A stretch of DNA of 64,000 bases from a virus (lineage: Duplodnaviria > Caudoviricetes). The translations under genes were made by a program, and so were the position numbers. A model generated the notes under the pieces. The model saw only the letters and a program-made list of their open reading frames with translations, made no database searches and was not told the origin of the DNA. The stretch covers positions 1 to 64,000 of the IMG/VR virus record IMGVR_UViG_3300037067_006949; one strand, written 5' to 3'. This document shows positions 9,759 through 20,809 of the stretch, in pieces (position 1 is the first letter of the stretch; the number at the start of each line of letters is the position of its first letter).

Positions 9759-9956
9759 CTAGCCACCGTTCCGCAACTGCTCATAATCTTTTTGTTGTTC
9801 CAAATAATCAATCAAATTAAGTTGCTGTTCCATGGAATCCATGATATTTTCTTGTCTTTCTATATGATCAATCAGCGCTAATACCAACTCTGAAGGTATC
9901 AAAGAATTCTTTTTAGCCATTTCTTGCCATTCTGAAATTGTAATTTTGTCAAGCAT
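9759..9956 (-). CDS. Hypothetical coiled-coil protein, first gene of the leftward operon
   Basis: GGGAGG RBS; directly downstream of the leftward promoter. Confidence 0.55.
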   Translation of the reverse strand: MLDKITISEWQEMAKKNSLIPSELVLALIDHIERQENIMDSMEQQLNLIDYLEQQKDYEQLRNGG

Positions 9957-9982
9957 ATTTCCTCCCTTCTATAAGATACTTG

Positions 9983-10011
9983 ACTATACCACAGTTATCT
10001 GATTTTGTCAA
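9983..10011 (-). promoter_or_regulatory. Sigma70-type promoter driving the leftward RNAP operon
   Basis: TTGACA-17-TATAGT with TGTGG extended -10. Confidence 0.75.
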
Positions 10012-10045
10012 GGTTAAAATAGGTAGCAGTTATGAATTAGTAATA

Positions 10046-10086
10046 TCGTAACCCGTCAGTTTTAGCCATTTAGTGACGGGTTACGA
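10046..10086. repeat. 13-bp perfect inverted repeat between divergent promoters
   Basis: TCGTAACCCGTCA-15nt-TGACGGGTTACGA. Confidence 0.8.
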
Positions 10087-10099
10087 AAAAAAATGAGAC

Positions 10100-10128
10100 T
10101 TGACAGATTAGAGATTATGTGGTAGTAT
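10100..10128 (+). promoter_or_regulatory. Sigma70-type rightward promoter
   Basis: TTGACA-17-TAGTAT with TGTGG extension. Confidence 0.7.
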
Positions 10129-10138
10129 TATGTTTCAA

Positions 10139-10218
10139 GCTGGACTAGATTGGCTTAATTACCCAATGACAAACTAGCGAATGTCTCCGCGCTAAGTCCA
10201 GCATATTATTTTGGAGAT
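10139..10218 (+). ncRNA. Structured cis RNA motif, copy 3 (5' leader)
   Basis: GCUGGAC/GUCCAGC; UAG; AUUGG/CCAAU; GACAAAC; UAGCG/CGCUA; loop UCUCC pairs with downstream GGAGA. Confidence 0.65.
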
Positions 10219-10248
10219 TAAACACATTCTATATAAGGAGAGAGCAAA

Positions 10249-10437
10249 ATGTATTATATTGGTGAAATATCTTATGAGCCTAATGCGCCTGGTGGAGTAT
10301 TGATAGAATTATGGGATGGTGGATCATATCGCTACCCAATACAAGCAAAAAGAAAAATAGAAGAAATAGAAAAAGAATATGGCAATTGTCATCTTCAAAT
10401 CATTGACGACAAAAAATACGATATGGGTTGGGAATAA
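10249..10437 (+). CDS. Hypothetical protein
   Basis: AAGGAG RBS; 62 aa. Confidence 0.55.
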   Translation: MYYIGEISYEPNAPGGVLIELWDGGSYRYPIQAKRKIEEIEKEYGNCHLQIIDDKKYDMGWE

Positions 10438-10466
10438 ATTTTAATGAAAATCAAAAGAGACAATAA

Positions 10467-11405
10467 ATGACAGAAAATAATTATGCTTTAAGGAATGATT
10501 CCTATGCCACACAACCCCAACCACCCATTGACTATTTGATCAGCGATCTGATAACTAATTCTAGTTTAAATGTTTTTTATGGGGAGGCTGGAAGTAAAAA
10601 AACATATAGCGCTCTCAGCATGGCAGTAGCAGTTGCCAACGGAAGAGATTGGTTAGGATTCAAAACAAGAAAATCTCCCGTTCTCATTATAGATGAAGAA
10701 AGTGGCGAGAAAAGACTTTCAAGAAGGTTAAATGAAACCATGAAGGGCGCAGATTGTGAAAGTACCGGACAACTCTATTTTATTTCTTTAGCGGGATTTA
10801 AGTTAGACAAAAAAGAAGATGTGAGAACCATAGAATCCGAAATTAATAAAATTGGAGCCAAACTAATCATATTTGATGCTTTGGCAGACATTATGGATGG
10901 TGACGAAAACAGCAAAAAGGATGTCCAGCCAGTCATGAATAATCTAAGGAAGATGGCAGACAATACCGACTCTTCCATTGTTCTTATTCATCATGCTAAT
11001 AAAGGTGGAGGATATCGTGGTTCAACTGCAATCAAAGCAAGTTCTGATCTTATGGTTCAGGTTACTTCTGATTTAGATGATTCTGTTATCAATTTCAAAA
11101 CTGAAAAGAATAGAGATGGCTCTTATATTAGTTGGAGCGCAGAAGCTACTTGGGAGGACGATATTTTTTACCTACAATTGACATCTCCAGTACAACGATC
11201 AAGCAGCAGAGAAGAATATGTGTTAGGATTTCTAAAAGAAAATGGAGAATCTACTATTGCTGAAATTATTAAAAATCCTGTTGGATGTACGGCTCAAGGA
11301 GCTAGAAAAGCAATTTTTAGTTTAGCTAAATCTGGGGATATTATTAGAACTAATTCTAATGAAAAAACTAAAACAGCTATTTATAAAATCGTAGAAAGAA
11401 GGTAG
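10467..11405 (+). CDS. AAA_25/RepA-like (RecA-fold) ATPase/helicase with possible C-terminal winged helix
   Basis: YGEAGSKKT Walker A variant; LIIDEE; LIIFD; IHH.NK...YRGS; K.RD. Confidence 0.85.
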   Translation: MTENNYALRNDSYATQPQPPIDYLISDLITNSSLNVFYGEAGSKKTYSALSMAVAVANGRDWLGFKTRKSPVLIIDEESGEKRLSRRLNETMKGADCESTGQLYFISLAGFKLDKKEDVRTIESEINKIGAKLIIFDALADIMDGDENSKKDVQPVMNNLRKMADNTDSSIVLIHHANKGGGYRGSTAIKASSDLMVQVTSDLDDSVINFKTEKNRDGSYISWSAEATWEDDIFYLQLTSPVQRSSSREEYVLGFLKENGESTIAEIIKNPVGCTAQGARKAIFSLAKSGDIIRTNSNEKTKTAIYKIVERR

Positions 11406-11509
11406 TACCCCTTAGTACCACCTATAGTACCCATGTTATTTAAAACAGCCAAGACCTAGTACCCACCCCTACGTAGTAGGGGGGAGGTACTAAGGGTACG
11501 AGGGTATTA
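11403..11509. repeat. Iteron-like TAGTACC cluster (4 direct, 1-3 inverted copies)
   Basis: TAGTACC at 11403, 11413, 11425, 11457; GGTACTA at 11486 and degenerate copies after it. Confidence 0.65.
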
Positions 11510-11644
11510 GTTCGATTATATTTTTATATAGAAAGGATAAAAGATGTTTTTTATATGTTCTATAATTTTGATTGCATTGATCGTTATTATAATGGATTCC
11601 AATAGATAACTCCATATATATAAGTATTTAATAATATTTTACCT

Positions 11645-11680
11645 AAAATCACCTTGATAATACCATAAGGTGATTTTTTT
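11645..11680 (+). terminator. Rho-independent terminator
   Basis: AAAATCACCTT...AAGGTGATTTT hairpin plus T-run. Confidence 0.7.
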
Positions 11681-12303
11681 ATTTAATTTGCTATATTACG
11701 TAGCGTAGAAATATATGCGTATATGTTACCCATAATTTTAAAAATTTTGATATGTATATAAGGGGGATATGATAGATGTATGTATAGATATGTTTTGGAT
11801 AGTTTTATTTTTTTTAATTTTAAGAAGTTGTGTGGATAGATGTGCTGTAGGGCGCGTTTCATTTCTGCCGTTTGCTGACTATGTAAAATAGGGCATATAT
11901 CTTATGATTATATCTATAATAATCATAGGCTATGATCATCCTGGTATGACTCAGGACATGGTATGGATCATCTTAAGTATTAACCATGGTTTAAGGTTTT
12001 TGGTTTAAATCCGATAACATGAAAAAATTCGAGGAAGTAATTTTTTTAAAAAATCAATCTACCAGGATAATAATAAGATAATAATAGTCCTATTATCTAT
12101 CATGCATGATAATCTATATAATACAATAAATAATATTAATATTATTATCAATAAACATTAATATTATTAACTTAAGTATTAAGTTAATGTATAATACAAT
12201 GCATAATCATTCATATAATCAATACTGATATAAACAATCTATCATATATTGTCTTGTATCAAGGCTGCCCATGGTAGAATATCTTATTATCCTGATAGCA
12301 GAC

Positions 12304-12337
12304 AAAAAAAATAACCTTCCTATTATGGAAGGTTATT
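12304..12337 (-). terminator. Rho-independent terminator
   Basis: AATAACCTTCC-tattat-GGAAGGTTATT plus T-run on the minus strand. Confidence 0.75.
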
Positions 12338-12356
12338 CAATCTAGCAATCAATCTG

Positions 12357-12755
12357 TTATTGGTTAAGTGACCTATCAATCATGCTTAAGAATATTGCCA
12401 ATGCATCGTTGGTATAAAATCTATGGCACTTCGCGTTCTGATTACTGATATATTCCAATAAAATAAGCGTTCGTTCTGGGAGTGAAGTATAATCACTTGA
12501 GTGTTCAGGATATCTATAGTAAACTTCGCGTTCTTTAATCAACACTTGAAAATTCATTGAGTGTTTACTGTTTTCAATAGTAAAATTGATATATTGGTTT
12601 TCTTGATAGTATTCGATATTACTAAACCATTCAATACCCAATTTTTTTAAGTGCTTAATCAATTCTGCTTTAGCCAAAATAGCGTCGTTCGTGTTTTGAT
12701 TGTTTTCATATTTCGAATCCAGCAATGTTAAGGTTTTCATTTTAGCATTCTCCAA
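12357..12755 (-). CDS. Hypothetical protein
   Basis: 132-aa ORF ending just before a terminator. Confidence 0.6.
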   Translation of the reverse strand: MENAKMKTLTLLDSKYENNQNTNDAILAKAELIKHLKKLGIEWFSNIEYYQENQYINFTIENSKHSMNFQVLIKEREVYYRYPEHSSDYTSLPERTLILLEYISNQNAKCHRFYTNDALAIFLSMIDRSLNQ

Positions 12756-12793
12756 TTCTGTATTTATGATATTACTTGATTATCGAATAGGTT

Positions 12794-13111
12794 CTATCCC
12801 ATCATGTTATTTTTAGTCAGAACGTCTTCGATCAATTCAAAAATGATGCGCGGTATATTCAATAATTCAGCAGTGTTTAATCCGATGGTGTGAGTCTGGA
12901 AGTTGTCATTTTTGTTTGAAAAATAGCTATAGACTTCCAGTTGATTTTTGGCCTTGTTAGCGCAAAAAATGAATTCCATATGGCTAGCGTCAAAAACAAT
13001 ATATGGCATATTTTTCGTTTTTGAAAATAATACGCTCTCATCATTCGAATTCAGTATGCATTCATAAAGCGTATCTAGCAGTTTATTTTTGTTAATCCGT
13101 TTTTTGTTCAT
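12794..13111 (-). CDS. Hypothetical protein
   Basis: 105-aa ORF. Confidence 0.6.
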   Translation of the reverse strand: MNKKRINKNKLLDTLYECILNSNDESVLFSKTKNMPYIVFDASHMEFIFCANKAKNQLEVYSYFSNKNDNFQTHTIGLNTAELLNIPRIIFELIEDVLTKNNMMG

Positions 13112-13252
13112 TTTATCCCATCCATCCTGAAAATTTATTTTCCTGATAAAAACCGATTAATCATCCGTATCATAGGGACGACTAAAAATGCTAAAACAAG
13201 TGCTGAGATAATTAGGGTCGAGAGTGTTAAGGGTTCGATTGTCATTTTTTTT

Positions 13253-13522
13253 TCAGTCTCCGTCCTGATTTTTCATGACTAGCATATAAATGTCTTTTTC
13301 CCAAAATTCAAAGCCGTTCGGAGTCGCGAGAGTCAATTTTGCTTTTCCGATTTTGCAAAAATTGCCATTGGCCGATTTTTGAAACCAAGTCGCGCGTTTC
13401 AATTCCGCACATTCGACCTTGACGAACATTTGAGGACGATAAGCGTCACGTTCGATAATTTGAAAATCCGATATTTTGATCCAATTTATATAGGGGTTCG
13501 TACTTGATCCTCTAGTTGTCAT
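13253..13522 (-). CDS. Hypothetical protein (start MTTRGSS)
   Basis: GGAGG RBS; TTGCAA...TATAAT promoter upstream. Confidence 0.6.
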   Translation of the reverse strand: MTTRGSSTNPYINWIKISDFQIIERDAYRPQMFVKVECAELKRATWFQKSANGNFCKIGKAKLTLATPNGFEFWEKDIYMLVMKNQDGD

Positions 13523-13892
13523 AATACCTCCCTTCGATGACTTAATTATAATCCATTTTTTGATTTTGCAACAAACAATATTTAAAATTTTAAGATTCGA
13601 TTTTTTCGTATTCAAAAATAGGCAATTTTGCCAATTATCATACCTTAAAATTTTTTAAGGTTTAAGCATTTTCTTAAGAATTGGCGCTTTATTTGGGATT
13701 TTTTTAGCCCAAATTTTTTAGATTTTTTAAGAATTGAAAAATTCGTATTCAAAATTGGTCATTTTTGCGCATTCTTTTATAATGTGATTTTTAAGTTTAA
13801 GACACATTCTTAAAAAATCTTAAGGTATAATCCGCGTGTTTTTTGATTGATTTTGGTATTCCATTATAAGGATCAACCGCGCGAATTCTGAC

Positions 13893-14024
13893 GCGTCCCA
13901 ACCTTCCGGCGTCCTGATTGCCCATGGGTCAGCGTCCCAACCTTCCGGCGTCCTGATTGCCCATGGGTCAGCGTCCCAACCTTCCGGCGTCCTGATTGCC
14001 CATGGGTCAGCGTCCCAACCTTCC
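13893..14024. repeat. 39-bp GC-rich perfect tandem repeat, about 3.4 copies
   Basis: GCGTCCCAACCTTCCGGCGTCCTGATTGCCCATGGGTCA at 13893, 13932, 13971 and a partial copy at 14010. Confidence 0.95.
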
Positions 14025-16046
14025 TTATACGTTAACGCGCGTCAATATATGGTTAACGCATAACGGTTAACGGTTAACAAAAAATGATTAACAAATAACA
14101 GTTATAAAATAGTAATTTTATGATAAAAAATTATAACCAAAAAATAACCGTAAAACGTGTAGGAAGGCTTTTCAACTTTAAAGGTATAAACATGCCAACA
14201 TACCATTTTTAAAGCCTTGCAAGCCTTCCTGCGAGATTCTTAAAATATAGAACACGCCAGAATAACAATTCATTCTATAAAATCGTATTCAAAAAATGAT
14301 CATTTTAGAAAATAACCTTAAAAAATTCTGTGTATTTAAAACCAAAAATTACCAAAAATTTTTAGAATTCTAATGTAATTTTCTATGATTTTTATGCTAC
14401 AATCTAATCAAGAAGAGAGAAAAAACAGAATAACATAAAATCCATATTTTAAGCAGAATGGGAGAAAATAAAATGACTAAAGAAAATTACGTTATAGGCG
14501 ATAAAGTTGAAAACATAGTAGAATTAACAATTGACAATCTAGAAAATACTATTATCCCCGTTGGTACTACATTAAGAATCGTTGCAATTGCGCCTAAGGT
14601 ATGCATGATGAAAAAAGATTTATATCATGACGGATTACCAAATTTTTTTAATGCCGTTATATTCGATCAAGAGAATGATTATTATAATCGCATTCGCGCT
14701 AATTTTTGTACGATTAGGAAAGCGCAATAACAGTATTATAATTTTATCCAATGGCTAGAATCAACGTGTAACACGTAATGCGCATTCTAGCCATCCAATA
14801 AGGTTATAATCTTGTAGCCAGTATAACGAAGGGATAAAACAGAATGCCAAAAAATGTTATAAATGAAAAAACATATATTCCAAAAAGAATCTGGATTATG
14901 CCAGAATATGGCCAACCATGGGCGGCGGACGTATTAAGAACGTATGACAATAACACTATTGCTATAGTGCATCCAGATAATGCGCAGGAAGATGATACAA
15001 GAAAAATCGACCTTGAAAATACAGGATGGGCAAGTTTAGACAATAACCAGGATAAAATAGAATGAAAAAATCAATTAACAAAAAATGGCAATTGAATACC
15101 AATGAGGCGCGAAGGTATAACCGGAAAATTGAACGGATCAACAAACAAGAACGGTTAAAATTTTTGACAACGATTAAATTTTAATTCGATCATATAACAG
15201 GATGTTTAAAATCCATCCTGTTATAAAATGGAAGTAAAATTTAAAGAATGGAAAAAAAATAATGTATACCTTGAATAAAGAAAAAACAGAATTATATTAT
15301 ATATGAGGAAATAGACGCGGAATTATACTTAAATGATAGCGGATTAATCGACGTTGAAAAAAGCGGTTTAAAGACTATATAATTTTTGAATGGAGAATAA
15401 ACAAAATGAAAACAGAATTAAAGGATTTTATAAAATCTCATTATCTTGAAAATTGTAAACAAAAACATTACAATCTAAAATCATCCGAAGAGGTTATTAA
15501 TTGGTTTTTTAACAGGTTCGACAATTTTAATAACTATGTAAATTTTCTTGAGAGTCATAATAGCTATTTTCACGCGGTAACAAAAAATCCGCAAGTAGAA
15601 TATGCATGTCAGAATTCAGGACTTGATTATTTTTATATCATAGGATTAATTGAATTTTGGTGTAATCAGAATAACACGCCAATGTATAACGCATAAAATA
15701 AAGATTTTAAGCATAACAGGAGGGCTTAAAAAATGGCTGACAAACAGTTTGAAAAACGCGGTAATAAAGCATATTTAACATATTCTGATTATGATTTTTT
15801 CGAACCAAGAATCATTATATCATTATGGGAGATTAAAAATTTAGATATCACGTTATTACCAGACAATCCATTTATTTATAAAAATAACGGTTTATATTTT
15901 GCAAAAACAGAATATAAAGATTATCCGCTTTATATTGAAGACTTACCAACATTAACAGAATTCATAACAGTTAAACCGCCAAGAAAAGGCGGTTATAGAT
16001 GGAATAATGGAGAATGGAAAAGGATATAACAGAATCTTAAAAAATG

Positions 16047-16074
16047 TTGACAACCGCTTAAAACGGCTTATAAT
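16047..16074 (+). promoter_or_regulatory. Sigma70-type promoter
   Basis: TTGACA-16-TATAAT. Confidence 0.7.
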
Positions 16075-17237
16075 GAATATAACAGACAATAAAAAATGAA
16101 TGAGGAGAAAATAAAATGACTACAGAATGCAAAATTAAAGCCCATGTATTGATTTTGAAAAGCAAAATTGATTTAAATGGCAATAGCTACTATTCTTGTA
16201 TAATTACAAGAACATCCGACGGAAAAATGGCACGTGGTCAAATATCCGGCGGAGAATCTAACGTAACCTATGCAATGCGCGTATATTTTGACAATTGGGA
16301 ATCTTTTATTTATACGGTTCAAGAATTGCCCAAAAGGGAATACAATAGATTAACAAAATCATTCCCATATATCGGATGTACTCCAGACGAGATTAACAAA
16401 AATATTGATAGTCAATGGGAAGGTTAACCCATGCGAAAATTAAACCGTAGACTTAAAGGTTTTTTAAACAATTTAATTCGACCTTCACAGAACGACAAGA
16501 TTTTAAACCATGCTACAATGGCTATACGGATCATTGAACGCGGATGCATAACAGAACACGAAACAAGCATCTTAACCAATTTGGGATATAAAGAAGCATA
16601 ATAAAATAAGCATTTTAAGCATGAAGGAAGGGTAAAAATGAAAAAATTCTATGTATACGTTCAAAAATGGAAAGTATACGAATTAATAAAGGTTATTGAA
16701 TGCAAAGACAAGCAAGAAGCATATAACGGATATTCATACCTTGATTATTCCGGTATTCAAAGACTGATAATTAAAACTAAATTAATGACTGGTTTAAACG
16801 TCGAAAACGGAGACTATAAAGAATGAATTACAGAATAGCCCATAAATTAGGACGGTTAAGAAGCGGAGCGGATCATACAGGAATTGTAACCCATGCGGTA
16901 ATTGGTAATAATGCCCTATGCGGTAATAATCCTAATAAAAAATCTGTTGGATGGTCAGAATATGACGATAAAATTTTAACATGCGAAAAATGCTTAAGAA
17001 TTGTTAATAAAGATAAATGGGTTATGGTTTATCATTCAGACAATTATTATTATTGGAAACACGCGGAAGGCTTTTATAATTGTACAACTGAAAATAAACC
17101 ACCATTAACAGAATCAGGATATCAATTCATAATCGCATTGGCTAGTTTAAAAAATGAAGATTACATTCATATTAACATAATGCGCGAAGAGAAGATATAA
17201 CAGAACGCTAAAAAATGTTAACGAACCTTAAAAAATG

Positions 17238-17265
17238 TTGACAATGGTTAATAACGTGCTATAAT
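17238..17265 (+). promoter_or_regulatory. Sigma70-type promoter
   Basis: TTGACA-16-TATAAT with TG extension. Confidence 0.75.
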
Positions 17266-18832
17266 TAAATTAACAAAATCAGAGAAGAGGAGATTAAAAA
17301 ATGAATAAACAGGCTAAAGAAAATTACGTTAGAACGTTTACGATTTTCATGAAAGAACATACATCTAATTTATCAATTGGTCAAATGATTGACATTTTGG
17401 AAAAATTACACTTTTACGAATCAAGATTATCGAACCTTAATACTCAGTATGCTAACGGCGATATTCAGGAAGAAGAACACACAAAAAAAACCGCATCCAT
17501 CGAAGCGAAGGTTAAGATAATTGCTGATCAGCTTGGTTTTAAGGTAGACTTCCAAAACGATCCGCGAGGCGCGGCTATCATGTTCTACCTTCCATCAAAA
17601 ACGTATAATTCTTGGGATGGGGAGTCCTGGCGCTTGTTTTGGTAAAATTTTACCTTCATCATGTAACCGGGGTTTATAACGAATTCCGGTTACAAAATGA
17701 GAATAAAATTTGAGGAAGGATAAAATAAAATGGATAAATGGATTATGGAAGTTAAGGTATATAACACAGAAACGCTAAAATGGGAATGGGCAGCGGTGCG
17801 TCCTTCCGGTGGCAAGCAATACGAATACAACACAAAAGAAGAGGCCACAAAGATGATAAATTTATGTTATGGCTCTTTATCAAATGATCAAGCACGAATT
17901 AGAAAAATACAATAAAACTTTTATGCGCGATAGAGAAGGATAAAATAAAATGGATGACTTTTCAAAACAAGAAAAATACATGCAAAAAGAATTTGACAAG
18001 TATTTTGAGATAATCACAGAATATGCAAAACAAGAATTTAACAAAAATGTTTTGCCATATGTGAAAAAATATTCTTTAATCTTTTTATCTGGTAATGGCA
18101 CTTATTATATCGGATATACAAAGAACGCGCCAAAATGGTTTATTAACAAGTATAAAAACTGGTCTGGTAATGATGAAGACTCAGAATGGGAAGGTCAGAT
18201 TAACAGAGATAAATTGCCGATCAAGTTATTATATAGTTTGAATAGTGTTATTCCGGCTTATGATTATTGCTTAGGTTCGATCATGCCAAATTATCAACCG
18301 GAAAAATCAGAATAAAATACATATTTTAAGTAATATCAAGAAGGATAATAAACCATGGAAGAAGAATTATACGAATTACAGGACGAATTAAAGGACGCAA
18401 AAACAGGACATGATTTTATAAATGTTTTGTTGGATAGAAGGGATAAAGATAAAAATACATCAAGTCAAACAATGAAAAACAATAACATGTTTTATATTAT
18501 CGGTGTAGTTGATGCATTATATTATTCTAAAAAGATAACACAGGAAGAGTACACGAATACGATCAAATATTTTGGATTGTAAAATAATCTCATTAATCCA
18601 ATAAAATCTATGTTTTATGCAAGGGAAAGGATATAACAGAATGTCATTTATAATCAACAATCATAAAATCAAATATAACAGATTTTTCAAGTTATGGAAT
18701 GTATCATACAATCCAAAAGATAAAAATGATCAAATGTTTGGATACCCATGCGGAAGTTTTAAAAAACTATCTGACGCGATAACAGAAGCAATTAACGGAT
18801 AATCCATACTCAAGATAACCGGAGGATCAAAA

Positions 18833-19393
18833 ATGTCAAAAACTATAACAGATTTACAAAAAGAATTCACGGTCAAAAATGGCCTCATTCAAAATCCAGG
18901 AAAATTTGAGAATGAGCCATTAAGCACGCCATTTTATTATGACTTGATGTTAAATGGTGAAGGAGAATTTATTGATATTGAAATTTCAGACCGCGTACAA
19001 TTCCCCAATATTCCAAATGATAAGCAGATTGCTTATGTAACAGAAGACGATCAAGGATTTGTAAGTATTGAATTTCTTGATGTCGAAGAAGAAGAATCTA
19101 TTTTTGATGATGATATTGAAGGAGAATCGTCATTTGATAAGGATCAGGACGAAGAAGAAGACTTAACCATGGATAACCAATACTTTACTTATAAGAACGG
19201 TATTATTAAAGTCAAGATCAATGCTGATATGAGTAACAGGACGCTATCAGAGATTAACACCATAACAGATATGTTAAATGATGTTTTGCATCCTATTAAT
19301 TGTCAAGCGGTTTTGAAAGATAATCAATTATGCTTTTATGATGGTATGGGCTATTACCCTATTGATGAACATTTTGACACAACAATTTATTAA
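18833..19393 (+). CDS. Acidic hypothetical protein
   Basis: 186 aa with a long D/E tract; GGAGG RBS. Confidence 0.65.
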   Translation: MSKTITDLQKEFTVKNGLIQNPGKFENEPLSTPFYYDLMLNGEGEFIDIEISDRVQFPNIPNDKQIAYVTEDDQGFVSIEFLDVEEEESIFDDDIEGESSFDKDQDEEEDLTMDNQYFTYKNGIIKVKINADMSNRTLSEINTITDMLNDVLHPINCQAVLKDNQLCFYDGMGYYPIDEHFDTTIY

Positions 19394-20809
19394 CAGATAA
19401 AATATACATTTTAAGCATAACAGAAATGATACAAAGGAGATATAAGATGGAATCTTGGACTGGCGGAAAAGTTACTTGTACGCAAAGAAAATATTTTCTC
19501 AGTTTGCATCCAGATGCAAAACATATGTTTAAATATATTGGTCATGGCAAATATGAAATGACCGGATGGGAATCTCAAATAGAAAGAGCAAGATGGGTAA
19601 AATGAAAACAAAAGAAGAAATACAAGATCAAATTAATTTGTATAAATATTACATTGAACAATGGCGACAAGAAAACGAAGTACAATATTGGTATGAGATA
19701 AAAACCTCAGAAAGAATTGTACAAGAATTAGAATGGGTTTTAAATATAACAAATTGAAACATAATAAAAGATATATTTTAAGTATACGTTCTATCAAAAT
19801 GCGAATATTTTAAGGTAATTTTCTACAATTCATGATCAAAACGTGCTACACTGTTAGTATAACAGAACGCAAAAGGAGAACACAAAATGGATTGGGCATT
19901 ATTCGGATATAAGAAAAATGATAACTTTGGCGCTTTTTTGGGAGAATCAAAGACAAAAGAAGGGCTAAAAATTTTAGAAGAAAAGGCGAAAATGCAAGGT
20001 TATATTAAATTCCAATATTCGCATTTTGATGGATCAAAACCGGATTTTACCAAAACGATTAACACTGAAACAAAGGGAGAATAAAAATGTGTAAATCATG
20101 TGAGGTATTGTATATCAATGGTGTAAAATGCCATGAAACAGGATGCCCTGAAGCATGGAAAGATGAAAAACACGAATGCGCATGGTGCGGTCAAGATTTT
20201 GAACCAGAATTTGACGGTCAGAAATGTTGTTCTGAGTCATGCAATAATGCTTATAACGGATATCCTGAACCTGACGACGAAGAAGATCAAGAATGAAAAA
20301 ATGGGTAATCCTGGCACGTCATAACTGGTTAAGCGAATGTACCATAACAGAAAGCTATTCAACAAACAATAGTTATATTAGAAGGTTTACGGCAACGATC
20401 AAAGGATGGCGAAATTTCAAAATTTATGAGGGTACAATTTCTCATAACACAATTCAAAAAATTATTGCGCAAGTGCGATATATCAGAGATAGAATCGAAA
20501 AGGAAGACGAATCCATTTTTACAGAAAACACAATGATAACAGAATTGGAGGAATGAATGCCATTATCAGGACAAGATAAAATATATAATTCTAATAAGTC
20601 AAATATTGACTATGTTTATGATCATGTTCTTGAGACGCTAAACCTCAAAGAATCTAATATGACTCCATATCAGAATCAAGAACTGTTAACGGATTTGGTA
20701 TGGTTAGTATGGGCAACGTTGAATAAACCGGAATAAAATTTAGTGTAATGTTCTATTGTATGTTCTATAATAAATGTGATACACTAATAGTACGAAAGGA
20801 GATACGCAA

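Noticed and set aside
13893-14024. 39-bp repeats as a CRISPR array
   Set aside because: Units are head-to-tail with no spacers, and there is no cas operon; the Cas4-like nuclease at 62655 sits in the replication module.
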